Positions 16,675 to 25,305 of a stretch of DNA of 32,000 nucleotides are shown in pieces; the first letter of the stretch is position 1; the number at the start of each line of letters is the position of its first letter. Location of the stretch: NCBI RefSeq assembly GCF_000012925.1, contig NC_007517.1, positions 2,130,001 to 2,162,000 on the forward strand, written 5' to 3'. The translations under genes and the position numbers were made by a program. Source of the stretch: Geobacter metallireducens GS-15 (lineage in GTDB: Bacteria; Desulfobacterota; Desulfuromonadia; Geobacterales; Geobacteraceae). The notes below the pieces were generated by a model. It did not search any database and had not been told where the DNA came from. It saw nothing but the letters and a program-made list of their open reading frames with translations.

Positions 16675-17619
16675 TCAATTGCGACTGACAAATTCCATCG
16701 CCTTCACCACGTCAGCCTTGCAACCGATGTAAACAGGGGCGCGTTGGTCGAGGGAGTGGGGTTCCAGGTCAAGAATCGGCTGTTTCCCGTCAGTGGCTGC
16801 CCCACCGGCGTTTTCAACCAGATATGCCATGGCGTTAAGCTCGAAGAGGAGTCTCAGTTTGCCGTTAGGGGATCCGTTAAGGGCCGGATACATAAAAATG
16901 CCCTTCCCTTTCATGATAACCTGGTTGATGTCCGGCACAAAACCGCCCGAGTACCGGAGTTTGGCCCCCTTCTCCTCCAAATAACGAACGAACTGTTCAG
17001 TCCCCTCTTGATATTTGTTGCGCAGGCCACCAGGAGCATAAATATTTCCCTCTTCCTGCATGACAATGTTTTCGCGCGAAAGAGTGAACTCCATCAGATG
17101 GTTCATGGTGAATTCATGCACCCCTCTGCCGACGGAGTAGACCATAGAGACCCGTGGGCCATAGAGGATGTACAAGGCCGCGACCTGGTTGCGCCCTTTC
17201 TGGAGCAGATTGCACCCCTCATAGATGGAGACGATGGTGCCAACCGCCAGATTCACATCCACGAGCGACGAACCGTCGAGGGGATCATAGGCCACCGAGT
17301 AAAGGCCATCTGCATCGGCCTGGGCCTGGAAGATTTCATCCATTTCCTCGGAAGCAATGTTACAGACAACGCCGGAGTGAATGAGCCGTTTCTTGATAAT
17401 CCTGTCCGAAAGGACGTCCAGGGCAAGCTGCTCTTCGCCGTAAAGGTTGGAGGTACCCGCCACGCCCAGATCACCGGTACGAACAGCGTTGATCACATAC
17501 TTGCTCGCCTCGGCAATCTCGCAGATGAGGTGGACGAGGTTGTCGCAGATCCCTTGATTACGGAGATGACGGCGCAAATCTACCTGGAATTTCGTCTTGC
17601 CCGGTTCACTGAACGGCAT
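16675..17619 (-). CDS. fbp: Fructose-1,6-bisphosphatase class I, 314 aa
   Basis: FBPase class I-like sequence throughout (TSNLYGEEQLALDVLSD, YDPLDGSS, GGFVPDI). AGGAGG lies upstream of the ATG. Confidence 0.9.
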   Translation of the reverse strand: MPFSEPGKTKFQVDLRRHLRNQGICDNLVHLICEIAEASKYVINAVRTGDLGVAGTSNLYGEEQLALDVLSDRIIKKRLIHSGVVCNIASEEMDEIFQAQADADGLYSVAYDPLDGSSLVDVNLAVGTIVSIYEGCNLLQKGRNQVAALYILYGPRVSMVYSVGRGVHEFTMNHLMEFTLSRENIVMQEEGNIYAPGGLRNKYQEGTEQFVRYLEEKGAKLRYSGGFVPDINQVIMKGKGIFMYPALNGSPNGKLRLLFELNAMAYLVENAGGAATDGKQPILDLEPHSLDQRAPVYIGCKADVVKAMEFVSRN

Positions 17620-17639
17620 GCATCCCTCCTGTGCATAAA

Positions 17640-17669
17640 ATAGTAAAATCCCTTAAAGATTAATGTAAA
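17640..17669 (-). promoter_or_regulatory. Sigma70-type promoter candidate for fbp
   Basis: On the minus strand: TTTACA (17669-17664), an 18-nt spacer, then TACTAT (17645-17640), about 20 nt upstream of the fbp ATG. Confidence 0.4.
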
Positions 17670-17723
17670 GAGGTAAGGCAAATCAAGCGAAAAGTAGCGT
17701 CAACCCAGTGTTCAGAGGTCATG

Positions 17724-17752
17724 TTTGCAATGTGCTCCTGAGGGCCTATACT
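17724..17752 (+). promoter_or_regulatory. Sigma70-type promoter candidate for the Rieske / cyt b / cyt c operon
   Basis: TTTGCA (17724-17729), a 17-nt spacer, then TATACT (17747-17752), about 35 nt upstream of the ATG at 17788. Confidence 0.45.
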
Positions 17753-17787
17753 TAGTTCTCGAACACAATTCGTATTACGGAGGGATC

Positions 17788-18207
17788 ATGCAGAACGCCA
17801 GCAGGCGGAAATTCCTTGGTCTCTGCCTTGGCGGCCTGGGAATGGCAGGGGCCGTGGCAGGAGCGTATTCCGTTCTCAGCTATCTTGCCCCCCTTTCAGA
17901 TGAAGGCACTGGCGGAAAGGTCTCTTTTCCCCTCACGGAAATCCCTCCGAATGGCGCGAAATTTTTTGATTTTCGCGGGACAACCGGTGTTATCATCAGA
18001 AAACAAAATAGTGAACTCGTAGCCCTGTCAGCCATCTGCACACACTTAGGATGTATCGTCCAGTGGGAACAAGACAAGCAGGACTTTCTCTGCCCCTGTC
18101 ACGGTGGCCGCTACAACTCCGACGGTTCCGTCATCTCAGGCCCACCGCCCAAGCCCCTGGAGAAGCTTGCCATCACCATAACAAACGGAATCGTGACCGT
18201 GGGGTAA
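17788..18207 (+). CDS. Rieske [2Fe-2S] subunit of a cytochrome bc-type complex, Tat-signal bearing, 139 aa
   Basis: GGAGGG lies 3 nt upstream of ATG 17788. Twin-arginine motif SRRKFLG. Rieske boxes CTHLGC and CPCHGG. Confidence 0.88.
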   Translation: MQNASRRKFLGLCLGGLGMAGAVAGAYSVLSYLAPLSDEGTGGKVSFPLTEIPPNGAKFFDFRGTTGVIIRKQNSELVALSAICTHLGCIVQWEQDKQDFLCPCHGGRYNSDGSVISGPPPKPLEKLAITITNGIVTVG

Positions 18208-18214
18208 ACCATCT

Positions 18215-19318
18215 ATGTCCCCCTTGAAGAGTATCTACCACTGGTTGGACGTACGTATCGGAGTTGGTGAACTGGTGGAGAAACGCCTCACCGGCTACCT
18301 CCTGCCCCGCTCCATCAACGCCTGGTACTCCCTTGGCAGTGTACTTCTGATTATCTTCACACTACAGGTCATCACCGGCATTCTCCTTCTTGTCTACTAC
18401 GTACCCGATGCTGAAAAGGCTTTCAAGAGCGTCAGCGCCATCATGAACGATGTCCCCTTCGGCTGGCTGATCCGCCTGTGCCACGCCGTGGGCTCCAACA
18501 TGATGGTGGCGGTCCTGCTGCTTCATATGCTGTCGGTCCTTTTCATGGGAAGTTACAAACGCCCCCGGGAACTGAACTGGCTGACCGGTTTCATCCTGTT
18601 CAACCTGGTCCTGGCGATTTCACTCACCGGCTATCTCCTTCCCTGGAGCCAGCTCTCCTTTTGGGCCACAACGGTGGCCACCAACAGCGCCGGGGCCATC
18701 CCGGTCATCGGCAACTATCTCGTGGAATTTCTCCGGGGCGGCAAGCTGGTGGGGGCGCCCACTCTGGGACGCTTCTTCGCCGTTCACGTGGCACTCCTTC
18801 CGCTCCTGATCGGGGCGTTCATCGGCGGACACCTCTTCCTGCTGGAACGGATCGGCGTTTCCACCCCGCCTTTCGGGCAAAAAGAGTCGAAAAATACCTG
18901 GATGGGAGACCAGTTTCGCTACGAATCTCACCCCGGCGGCATCCCCTTCTTTCCCAACTATATGCTCCAGGACATGACTTCCATCCTGATTTACCTGGCA
19001 ATCTTTTTCTGCGTCATATTCTATATCCCCTACATCTTCTTACCGCCAACCGCCTTCGTACCGGCCGATCCTTACAAAACTCCCGCCCATATCAAACCCG
19101 AATGGTATTTCCTCGCCAACTACCAAACCTTGAAGGTCTTCCCGAACGAACTCCTGGGGCTCCTGGTGCAGGGGGCCGTCATGACCTTCCTGGCACTCCT
19201 ACCGTTCATCGACAAGGGAAGGGAGCGGCACCCGTTCAAACGTCCCCTCTTCCTCGCCTGTTTCGTCGGCGGAATTCTTCTCTACGTTGCCATGGCGGTC
19301 TGGGGGCATTACTCATGA
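18215..19318 (+). CDS. Cytochrome b subunit, b6-type fused with subunit IV-like C-terminus, 367 aa
   Basis: Helix B His pair with 13 residues between (HAVGSNMMVAVLLLH). Helix D His pair with 14 residues between (HVALLPLLIGAFIGGH), which is b6-like spacing. A PEWY Qo-site motif (KPEWYFLANYQ) sits in the C-terminal part. Confidence 0.88.
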   Translation: MSPLKSIYHWLDVRIGVGELVEKRLTGYLLPRSINAWYSLGSVLLIIFTLQVITGILLLVYYVPDAEKAFKSVSAIMNDVPFGWLIRLCHAVGSNMMVAVLLLHMLSVLFMGSYKRPRELNWLTGFILFNLVLAISLTGYLLPWSQLSFWATTVATNSAGAIPVIGNYLVEFLRGGKLVGAPTLGRFFAVHVALLPLLIGAFIGGHLFLLERIGVSTPPFGQKESKNTWMGDQFRYESHPGGIPFFPNYMLQDMTSILIYLAIFFCVIFYIPYIFLPPTAFVPADPYKTPAHIKPEWYFLANYQTLKVFPNELLGLLVQGAVMTFLALLPFIDKGRERHPFKRPLFLACFVGGILLYVAMAVWGHYS

Positions 19319-20127
19319 GACTATCAGCAACGTATAGTTCTTCTGCTCTCATTTGCCTGCCCCTGCTCTTACTCCTTTCGTTATTTCCCGCTGACGCCCG
19401 CTGCCAGGAACAGACTGTCTGTCTCCAGTGCCACGGAGCCCAGACGGGCAAAGGAGGGGCACCTGTAAAAGCCTGGCGCGGGAGCGTCCACGCCGACAAC
19501 GGCATTTCGTGCAACGACTGCCATGGCGGAGACCCGAGAGATGCCGCCAACGCCATGAGCCCTGTCCGGGGCTTTCTTGGCGTTCCAGGCGAAACCGGAA
19601 TTCCTGCTTTCTGCGGCAGATGCCATGTGGGAATCAGGGAGGAATATCTCAAGAGTGCCCATGGCCGCGCCCTCGGCAAGGGGGGCCCCACATGCGTCAC
19701 CTGTCATGGTTCCCATACGGTCATGAAAGCAACCCTCGATCTCATAAACGACAAAAATTGCAGCCGTTGCCACCCCTATGACCGCGCCTCCGTGATCAAG
19801 GAGGCAATGCGACAGACTGATGGGTCAATCACCGATATCGCAAGGAAAATTCAACAGTTCAAGGGAGAAGGAATCAATATCGAAGTACAAGAGAAAAGCC
19901 TCTTTGACCTGCGTAATCGCTATCATCGACTCTTCCACGTTGTTGATGTCGGCAGGGTAAAACAGGAATCAGAGGTGATTCGGCAGGGACTCGGCACCAT
20001 AGAGCAGGCTCTGGCGAAACTTGATGAACGGAACAAGCGCCGAAAAATCGTCGGAACAACGGTAGTCGCGGGATTGCTGCTTGCAACCTTGCTCTCTTAT
20101 CTTCTCAAGAAGACCTTTGACAATTAG
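19315..20127 (+). CDS. Membrane-anchored pentaheme c-type cytochrome, 270 aa
   Basis: The ATG overlaps the cyt b stop (ATGA at 19315-19318). Signal peptide MRLSATYSSSALICLPLLLLLSLFPADA. Five CXXCH motifs (CLQCH, CNDCH, CGRCH, CVTCH, CSRCH). C-terminal hydrophobic helix IVGTTVVAGLLLATLLSYLL. The ORF-track entry 18478..20127 is this frame extended artefactually through the cyt b gene. Confidence 0.85.
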   Translation: MRLSATYSSSALICLPLLLLLSLFPADARCQEQTVCLQCHGAQTGKGGAPVKAWRGSVHADNGISCNDCHGGDPRDAANAMSPVRGFLGVPGETGIPAFCGRCHVGIREEYLKSAHGRALGKGGPTCVTCHGSHTVMKATLDLINDKNCSRCHPYDRASVIKEAMRQTDGSITDIARKIQQFKGEGINIEVQEKSLFDLRNRYHRLFHVVDVGRVKQESEVIRQGLGTIEQALAKLDERNKRRKIVGTTVVAGLLLATLLSYLLKKTFDN

Positions 20128-20393
20128 CCAAAAAGTTATATTATAAGCCGGTTTGCGTCATCCAAATACAGCATTGGTGCCCATCGGCAACAATTAATCA
20201 TCGCTAATAGATTTTACTTTACCCAAACTCTTTTTTTGTGTATACATGACAAGGGCGATTTAAACGACTCAAAAGGTGTTTGGATTCCCTGCACATCTAC
20301 CGCCCATCAGCAAGCTCCGCAGAAACTTATATAAGCGACTTGAAACAAGCTGATCTATCGCATCCCGAGCTTTCCCGCAAAGGAGGAAGAGAC

Positions 20394-20597
20394 ATGGTTG
20401 TACTTGTACGCTGTACCGACGACACCGTTACCGTTGCACAGGGATCAAAACTCAGCAAACTCATCAAGGACGGCCTGGTCAAGTCGTTCCTCCGTTCGGG
20501 AGTATGGGTGGAAGCGGTGAACTACCGGCAGGAAATCACACGACGCCCCTCCCCTTCCAGCGACTCCAGATGCACGGCATTTGTTTCATGCTTCTGA
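20394..20597 (+). CDS. Small hypothetical protein, 67 aa
   Basis: Strong RBS AGGAGG 7 nt upstream of ATG 20394, so the ORF-track TTG at 20280 is unlikely. Sequence: MVVLVRCTDDTVTVAQGSKLSKLIKDGLVKSFLRSGVWVEAVNYRQE... It resembles a family of small Geobacter proteins I only vaguely recall, so I make no firm assignment. Confidence 0.45.
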   Translation: MVVLVRCTDDTVTVAQGSKLSKLIKDGLVKSFLRSGVWVEAVNYRQEITRRPSPSSDSRCTAFVSCF

Positions 20598-20684
20598 TGG
20601 GTCGGCGAATCTGAATTCAAAATTATCGAATCCTGCTGAATGAGGGTGACGCTTGGTTGCCCTCTTTATTTTTTGGAAGAGAAA

Positions 20685-20707
20685 GGGCCGACAGTTTTTG
20701 CCGGCCC
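20685..20707 (-). terminator. Rho-independent terminator candidate downstream of ettA
   Basis: GGGCCG (20685-20690) pairs with CGGCCC (20702-20707). On the minus strand TTTCTCTTCC follows, then an A/T-rich run. It starts about 20 nt after the ettA stop. Confidence 0.5.
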
Positions 20708-20729
20708 TGCTTGCATTCCAGATTCTCTG

Positions 20730-22409
20730 TTATGCCCGCGTCAACTGCCGGTACTTGATCCGGTGCGGCATGTCGGCGGCAGCTCCGAGGCGCTTCCTTC
20801 GGTCCTCCTCGTACTCTGAATAGTTGCCGTCGAACCAGACCGCCTGGCTGTCCCCCTCGAAGGCGAGGATATGGGTGGCAATCCGATCCAGGAACCACCG
20901 GTCGTGGGAAATGACCACGGCACAACCGGCAAAGTTCTCCAGAGCCTCCTCCAGTGCCCGCATGGTGTTCACGTCCAGGTCGTTGGTCGGCTCGTCCAAC
21001 AGGATGACGTTTCCTCCCTCTTTGAGCATCTTTGCTATGTGCACCCGGTTCCGCTCGCCGCCGGAGAGCATCCCCACCTTCTTCTGCTGGTCGCTCCCCG
21101 AAAAATTGAACCGGGAGACATAGGCACGGGAGTTGACACTTACTTTCCCCAGCTGCAACGTCTCCTGCCCTCCCGAAATCTCTTCCCAGATGCTCTTGTC
21201 AGGACTGAGGGCGTCGCGGCTCTGGTCAACATAGGCAATCTTCACCGTATCACCGATACGGATGGAGCCAGAGTCGGGAGCCTCCTGGCCGGTAATCATC
21301 CTGAAGAGCGTTGTCTTGCCGGCGCCGTTGGGACCTATGATGCCGACGATGCCACCGGGGGGAAGCCGGAAGCTCATCCCCTCCACAAGCAGGCGGTCGC
21401 CGTAGGCTTTTGAGACGTTATCCGCCTCGATGACGATATCGCCAAGCCGGGGTCCGGGAGGTATGTAGATTTCCAGGTCCTTTGCCCTCTTCTCACTCTC
21501 CAGGGAGAGAAGCTGCTCGTAGGAGCTGATCCGCGCCTTGCTCTTGGCGTGGCGCCCCTTGGGGCTCATCCTGATCCACTCAAGCTCCCGCTGAAGGGTC
21601 TTTTGCCGCTCACTCTCGGATTTCTCCTCTTGGGCAAGGCGATTCTGCTTTTGCTCGAGCCACGAGGAATAATTACCCTTCCACGGGATACCCTCGCCCC
21701 GATCGAGCTCAAGGATCCAGCCGGCCACGTTATCGAGGAAGTAGCGGTCGTGGGTCACGGCGATGATGGTCCCGGGGTATCCCTGGAGGTGATGTTCGAG
21801 CCACGCGACAGTCTCGGCATCCAGGTGGTTGGTGGGTTCGTCCAGGAGGAGAATGTCGGGCTTCTGGAGAAGAAGCCGGCAGAGGGCCACCCGGCGCCGC
21901 TCGCCACCGGAAAGGACTTTTACCGGCGTTTCTCCAGCGGGGCAGCGCAAGGCATCCATGGCCATCTCGAGTCGGGAGTCCAGATCCCAGGCGTCCAGGT
22001 GGTCGAGCTTCTCCTGCACTGCGGCCTGACGGTCCAGCAGCTTGTCCATGTCGGCATCGGGATCGGCAAAGGCGGCGGTAATCTCGTTGAACTCGTTCAG
22101 GAGGTTGACAGTCTCCTGACACCCCTCCTCGACGATTTCCCGCACGGTCTTAGCCTCGTCGAGCCGCGGTTCCTGTTCCAGGTAGCCCACGGTGTAGCCG
22201 GAAGAGAGTACCGCCTGCCCGTTGAAGTCCTTGTCGACCCCTGCCATGATCCGCAACAGTGTCGACTTGCCCGAACCGTTCAGGCCCAGAACACCGATCT
22301 TGGCGCCGTAAAAGTAGGAAAGAGAGATGTCCTTGATAACTGGTTTCTTATCGTAGTACTTGGACACCCGCATCATGGTATAAATTATCTTGTTCCCTTC
22401 GGTGCTCAT
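20730..22409 (-). CDS. ettA: ABC-F ATPase, energy-dependent translational throttle protein EttA, 559 aa
   Basis: Two ABC cassettes with Walker [10 protein letters not shown] and GPNGAGKTT and signatures LSGGERRRV and LSGGERNRV. The N-terminus [35 protein letters not shown] is typical of EttA. I chose the start at M29 of the ORF-track product (ATG 22409), which gives an EttA-like length. Confidence 0.88.
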   Translation of the reverse strand: MSTEGNKIIYTMMRVSKYYDKKPVIKDISLSYFYGAKIGVLGLNGSGKSTLLRIMAGVDKDFNGQAVLSSGYTVGYLEQEPRLDEAKTVREIVEEGCQETVNLLNEFNEITAAFADPDADMDKLLDRQAAVQEKLDHLDAWDLDSRLEMAMDALRCPAGETPVKVLSGGERRRVALCRLLLQKPDILLLDEPTNHLDAETVAWLEHHLQGYPGTIIAVTHDRYFLDNVAGWILELDRGEGIPWKGNYSSWLEQKQNRLAQEEKSESERQKTLQRELEWIRMSPKGRHAKSKARISSYEQLLSLESEKRAKDLEIYIPPGPRLGDIVIEADNVSKAYGDRLLVEGMSFRLPPGGIVGIIGPNGAGKTTLFRMITGQEAPDSGSIRIGDTVKIAYVDQSRDALSPDKSIWEEISGGQETLQLGKVSVNSRAYVSRFNFSGSDQQKKVGMLSGGERNRVHIAKMLKEGGNVILLDEPTNDLDVNTMRALEEALENFAGCAVVISHDRWFLDRIATHILAFEGDSQAVWFDGNYSEYEEDRRKRLGAAADMPHRIKYRQLTRA

Positions 22410-22499
22410 GGGCGGATGAAAACCTCCTTCGTGAATTTTGGCATATCCTTGTACACTGTCAGCTAAGTATGTGTCAACTACGAGCTTTTTCAAATTCCT

Positions 22500-22527
22500 T
22501 TGAAATTGTTACCGTTTGCATTACAAT
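22500..22527 (+). promoter_or_regulatory. Sigma70-type promoter candidate for the Tim44-like gene
   Basis: TTGAAA (22500-22505), a 16-nt spacer, then TACAAT (22522-22527), about 30 nt upstream of ATG 22560. The flanking 7-bp inverted repeat AAATTGT...ACAATTT overlaps it. Confidence 0.45.
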
Positions 22528-22559
22528 TTGTCGACTCATACCCACGAAAGGTGGAACCA

Positions 22560-23528
22560 ATGAAGAAACAATGGATTACCACGATCTTTACCCTCACCTT
22601 TGCCGTCTCCCTTGTGGCGGCGGCGTACCATGAAGCCGAGGCCCGCGCCGGCGGCGGCCGCTCCTTCGGCAGTCGCGGCTCCCGCACATACAGTGCCCCG
22701 TCCCGCACGGTAAACCCCTATCAATCGCGACCACAGGCGTCTCCGACTTCGCCCCAGCAGCCCTTCCCCCAAGCCCAGCCCCAGCGGCAGGGTGGAAGCT
22801 TCCTCAGGGGGCTCGCCGGCGGCGTTCTCGGCGGACTCCTGGGGGGGATGCTCTTCCGGAGTCTTGGTTTCGCCGGCCCCGGCGCCGGCGGCATCGGCAT
22901 CTTCGATATTCTCCTGATCGGCGGCGTCCTATACCTGATCTACCGTTTCGTCGCCTCCCGGCGCCGCGAAACTGCCCAAACCTCCGGATACGGCGCCCAA
23001 CAGACCTGGCGACAGGCAGAAAGCGTTGAGCCTCCTCCCCGGCAGTACGGCTTCGGCCAGACGGCACAAGCCGCGCCTGTGGATGAAACCAGTTTCGGCC
23101 TTGCCCATGTCCGCCAGATGGATGGTTCCTTCGATGAGAACCGCTTCAAGGAAACTGCCCAGGATATTTTCTTTCGTGTCCAAGGGGCGTGGACACGGCG
23201 CGACCTGTCGCCGGTAGCCGATCTCCTTACGCCGGAAATGCAGGTAACATTCCGGCAGCAGATCGATGAGCTCAAGGCTGCGGGCACCATAAACCGACTG
23301 GAAAACATTTCCGTGCGGGAAGTAAATATAACCGAGGCATGGCAGGAAGAAGGAAGGGACTATCTCACGGTTCGTTTACTGGCAAGCATCCTCGACTACA
23401 CCACCGACGAATCGGGGAAAGTTGTTTCCGGAAGCGACTCTGCGCCAGTTAAGTTCGAGGAATACTGGACATTCTCCCGCCCGGTTGGCCCGAACCCATG
23501 GAAGCTGTCAGCGATTCAGCAGGCGTAA
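22560..23528 (+). CDS. Tim44-like domain membrane protein, 322 aa
   Basis: RBS GAAAGGTGG before ATG 22560. The order is signal peptide, Q/P/G-rich low-complexity segment, a hydrophobic helix (IGIFDILLIGGVLYLIYRFV), then a C-terminal Tim44-like domain (FDENRFKETAQDIFFRVQGAWTRRDL...EYWTFSR). Confidence 0.7.
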   Translation: MKKQWITTIFTLTFAVSLVAAAYHEAEARAGGGRSFGSRGSRTYSAPSRTVNPYQSRPQASPTSPQQPFPQAQPQRQGGSFLRGLAGGVLGGLLGGMLFRSLGFAGPGAGGIGIFDILLIGGVLYLIYRFVASRRRETAQTSGYGAQQTWRQAESVEPPPRQYGFGQTAQAAPVDETSFGLAHVRQMDGSFDENRFKETAQDIFFRVQGAWTRRDLSPVADLLTPEMQVTFRQQIDELKAAGTINRLENISVREVNITEAWQEEGRDYLTVRLLASILDYTTDESGKVVSGSDSAPVKFEEYWTFSRPVGPNPWKLSAIQQA

Positions 23529-23568
23529 ATCGGCTGTAAACCACACAAAGCATTCGAGCAGTTTCTGA

Positions 23569-23600
23569 GCCGCCGGGAAACCATTTCCCGGCGGCTTTTT
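23569..23600 (+). terminator. Strong rho-independent terminator
   Basis: A perfect 12-bp stem, GCCGCCGGGAAA (23569-23580) pairing with TTTCCCGGCGGC (23584-23595), with a 3-nt loop and then TTTTT. Confidence 0.85.
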
Positions 23601-23687
23601 CGATCCGGCAACCATTTGACATTTCACGATTATCCGATACGTTTTATCCCGTAAGAACCCGCATACTTAACCTCAAGGAGGCAGGGA

Positions 23688-24185
23688 ATGTTCGAAGAGA
23701 TCGACGTACAGGACGCCATCAAAAAATCGCTCCAGACCGAAAAAAACGCCATGAATTTTTACCAGCTCGGCGCGACCCGCATGAAAAACAAGGACGCCAT
23801 CAGGGTATTCGAACTCCTTGCAAAGGAGGAACGGGAGCACGCCGGCCATTTCTACAAAATCTACAAAGGGATCGACATTCCCGATTTTGATGAGTTCATG
23901 GATGCGCCCCCTGACCAAGAATCGACATGGATGGCCGCCATGACCAAAACCGTCAACTCCGACTTCACCGAGCAGAAAGCCCTGGAGCTGGCCATGCACA
24001 AGGAGAAAAAGCTGGAACACACCCTCCGGGAGACTGCCGGTAAAATCAAGGATGAAAACGTTCGTGCCATTTTCGAGCTGAATGCCCGTGAAACCCACAA
24101 CCATTATGAAATGATCGAATCGGAGTATGCCCGGATCATGGCCATGGTGCATGAATCGGATATGGACATTTATGTACGGGAATGA
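23688..24185 (+). CDS. Ferritin-like / rubrerythrin-family four-helix-bundle protein, 165 aa
   Basis: RBS AAGGAGG upstream. The pattern is helical and repeat-like, with one clear ExxH motif (EREH) after an upstream Glu (QTEKNAMNFY). The second half has a related but less canonical motif (ARETHNH). Confidence 0.5.
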   Translation: MFEEIDVQDAIKKSLQTEKNAMNFYQLGATRMKNKDAIRVFELLAKEEREHAGHFYKIYKGIDIPDFDEFMDAPPDQESTWMAAMTKTVNSDFTEQKALELAMHKEKKLEHTLRETAGKIKDENVRAIFELNARETHNHYEMIESEYARIMAMVHESDMDIYVRE

Positions 24186-24213
24186 GTCGGCTGCCGGTAT
24201 GTCGGTAGTGAGC

Positions 24214-24252
24214 AAAAAAAGAGAGCCCGTAATTACGGGCTCTTTCAATTTC
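24214..24252. terminator. Bidirectional rho-independent terminator between the convergent ferritin-like gene and cydB
   Basis: A 10-bp stem, AGAGCCCGTA (24222-24231) pairing with TACGGGCTCT (24234-24243). AAAAAAA lies on the left and TTTCAATTTC on the right. Confidence 0.8.
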
Positions 24253-24275
24253 ATACGCGTTTGGAGAAAGGCGGG

Positions 24276-25304
24276 TCAGTAAGCGTGCTTGTCCTCCAGT
24301 ACCTCCGCTTCGGTGACGGGAGCCCTGAATATCCGGTAAACCCATATCTTGTAGGCAATGACGATCGGTACAAAGATGAATGCCACGACGGTCATGATCT
24401 TCAGGGTGTATGGGCTCGATGATGAATTGAAGATGGTGAGGCTGTAGGCCGGGTCGAGGCTCGACGGAATAAGGTTCGGGAAGAGCCCCGCAACGCCTGT
24501 TGCCACCACGGCAAGCACCGTCACGCAGGACGATGCGAAGGCGGTGAGCATCGCCCCCCTGGCCGAGAAGAGCCGCATCCCGATGAGAGCCGCAACGGCC
24601 ACAAGCGGAACCACAAAGAGCAGCGGATGAGCCAGGTAATTGTCGAAAAGCTTGGTGGCGAACTTCGTGTAGGCAAGAAACGCTACCGCCACCACCAGCA
24701 GGGCCGGCCAGGTCTTGTCGGCAACCCCCTTGGCCCGGGCTCTCAGGTCGCCCACGGTCTTCACCGACAGCCAGAGGGCACCGTGAACCGTGAAGAGGAG
24801 CACGAACAGGACGCCGGTCAGAAGCCCATAGGGGTTGAGGAGCGACAGAAACGACCCCTGATAGCCGGCGGCGTCCATGGGAAGCCCCTTGAAGATGTTG
24901 CCGAAGGCCACGCCGAAAAGGAGCGCCGGCAGGAAGCTGGATACCTGGATCGCCACGTCCCACGCCTTTTTCCACCCCTCCCCTTCAAGCTTGCCGCGAA
25001 ACTCGAACGATACCCCGCGAACTATCAGCGAGAAGAGCAGGAGCAGCAGCGCCGTGTAGAGGTAACTGAACATGAGCGCATAGGTGGTGGGAAATGCCGC
25101 GAAGGTGGCGCCGCCCGCGGTGATGAGCCAGACTTCGTTACCGTCCCACACCGGACCGATGGTATTGATGAGGACCCGCTTCTCGCCGTCGGTGCGGGGC
25201 AGCACATTGTGGAGGATTCCGGTGCCGAAGACGAATCCGTCGAGCATGAAGTAGACCGCCCAGAGAACTCCCCAGAGCACGAACCAGATAATCTGCAGTT
25301 CCAT
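24276..25304 (-). CDS. cydB: Cytochrome bd ubiquinol/menaquinol oxidase subunit II, 342 aa
   Basis: A polytopic membrane protein with a typical CydB N-terminus (MELQIIWFVLWGVLWAVYFMLDGFVFG). Its start lies 1 nt after the cydA stop. Confidence 0.9.
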   Translation of the reverse strand: MELQIIWFVLWGVLWAVYFMLDGFVFGTGILHNVLPRTDGEKRVLINTIGPVWDGNEVWLITAGGATFAAFPTTYALMFSYLYTALLLLLFSLIVRGVSFEFRGKLEGEGWKKAWDVAIQVSSFLPALLFGVAFGNIFKGLPMDAAGYQGSFLSLLNPYGLLTGVLFVLLFTVHGALWLSVKTVGDLRARAKGVADKTWPALLVVAVAFLAYTKFATKLFDNYLAHPLLFVVPLVAVAALIGMRLFSARGAMLTAFASSCVTVLAVVATGVAGLFPNLIPSSLDPAYSLTIFNSSSSPYTLKIMTVVAFIFVPIVIAYKIWVYRIFRAPVTEAEVLEDKHAY

Positions 25305-25305
25305 G

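Noticed and set aside
17620-17787. The segment AAGGCAAATCAAGCGAAAAGTAGCGTCAACCC in the fbp / Rieske intergenic region, considered as a GEMM-like riboswitch.
   Set aside because: The proposed P1 arms around GAAA do not base-pair. The region is better explained by two divergent sigma70-type promoters.
18478-19314. The 5' two-thirds of the 549-aa ORF-track entry 18478..20127, which overlaps the cytochrome b gene in another frame.
   Set aside because: Only the part from ATG 19315 has a signal peptide and heme motifs. The upstream extension is Pro/Arg/Gly-rich nonsense overlapping a well-supported cyt b gene.
20175-20189. A sigma54-like TGG...GC element (TGGTGCCCATCGGCA) upstream of the small ORF.
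   Set aside because: The GG to GC spacing is 9 nt rather than 10, and the -12 region lacks TTGC.
20148-20190. A GEMM-I-like fragment on the minus strand (GGGCACC...GGATGACGCAAACCGG), considered as a c-di-GMP or cGAMP riboswitch.
   Set aside because: Only a partial resemblance to the ACGCAAAGC element exists. There is no GNRA tetraloop or receptor architecture. On the minus strand no gene lies downstream, because it points into the 3' end of the plus-strand cytochrome gene.
22439-22455. A sigma54-like TGGCAT-N5-TGTA element in the ettA / Tim44-like intergenic region.
   Set aside because: The -12 position is TA rather than GC. A good sigma70-type promoter (22500-22527) explains expression of the downstream gene.
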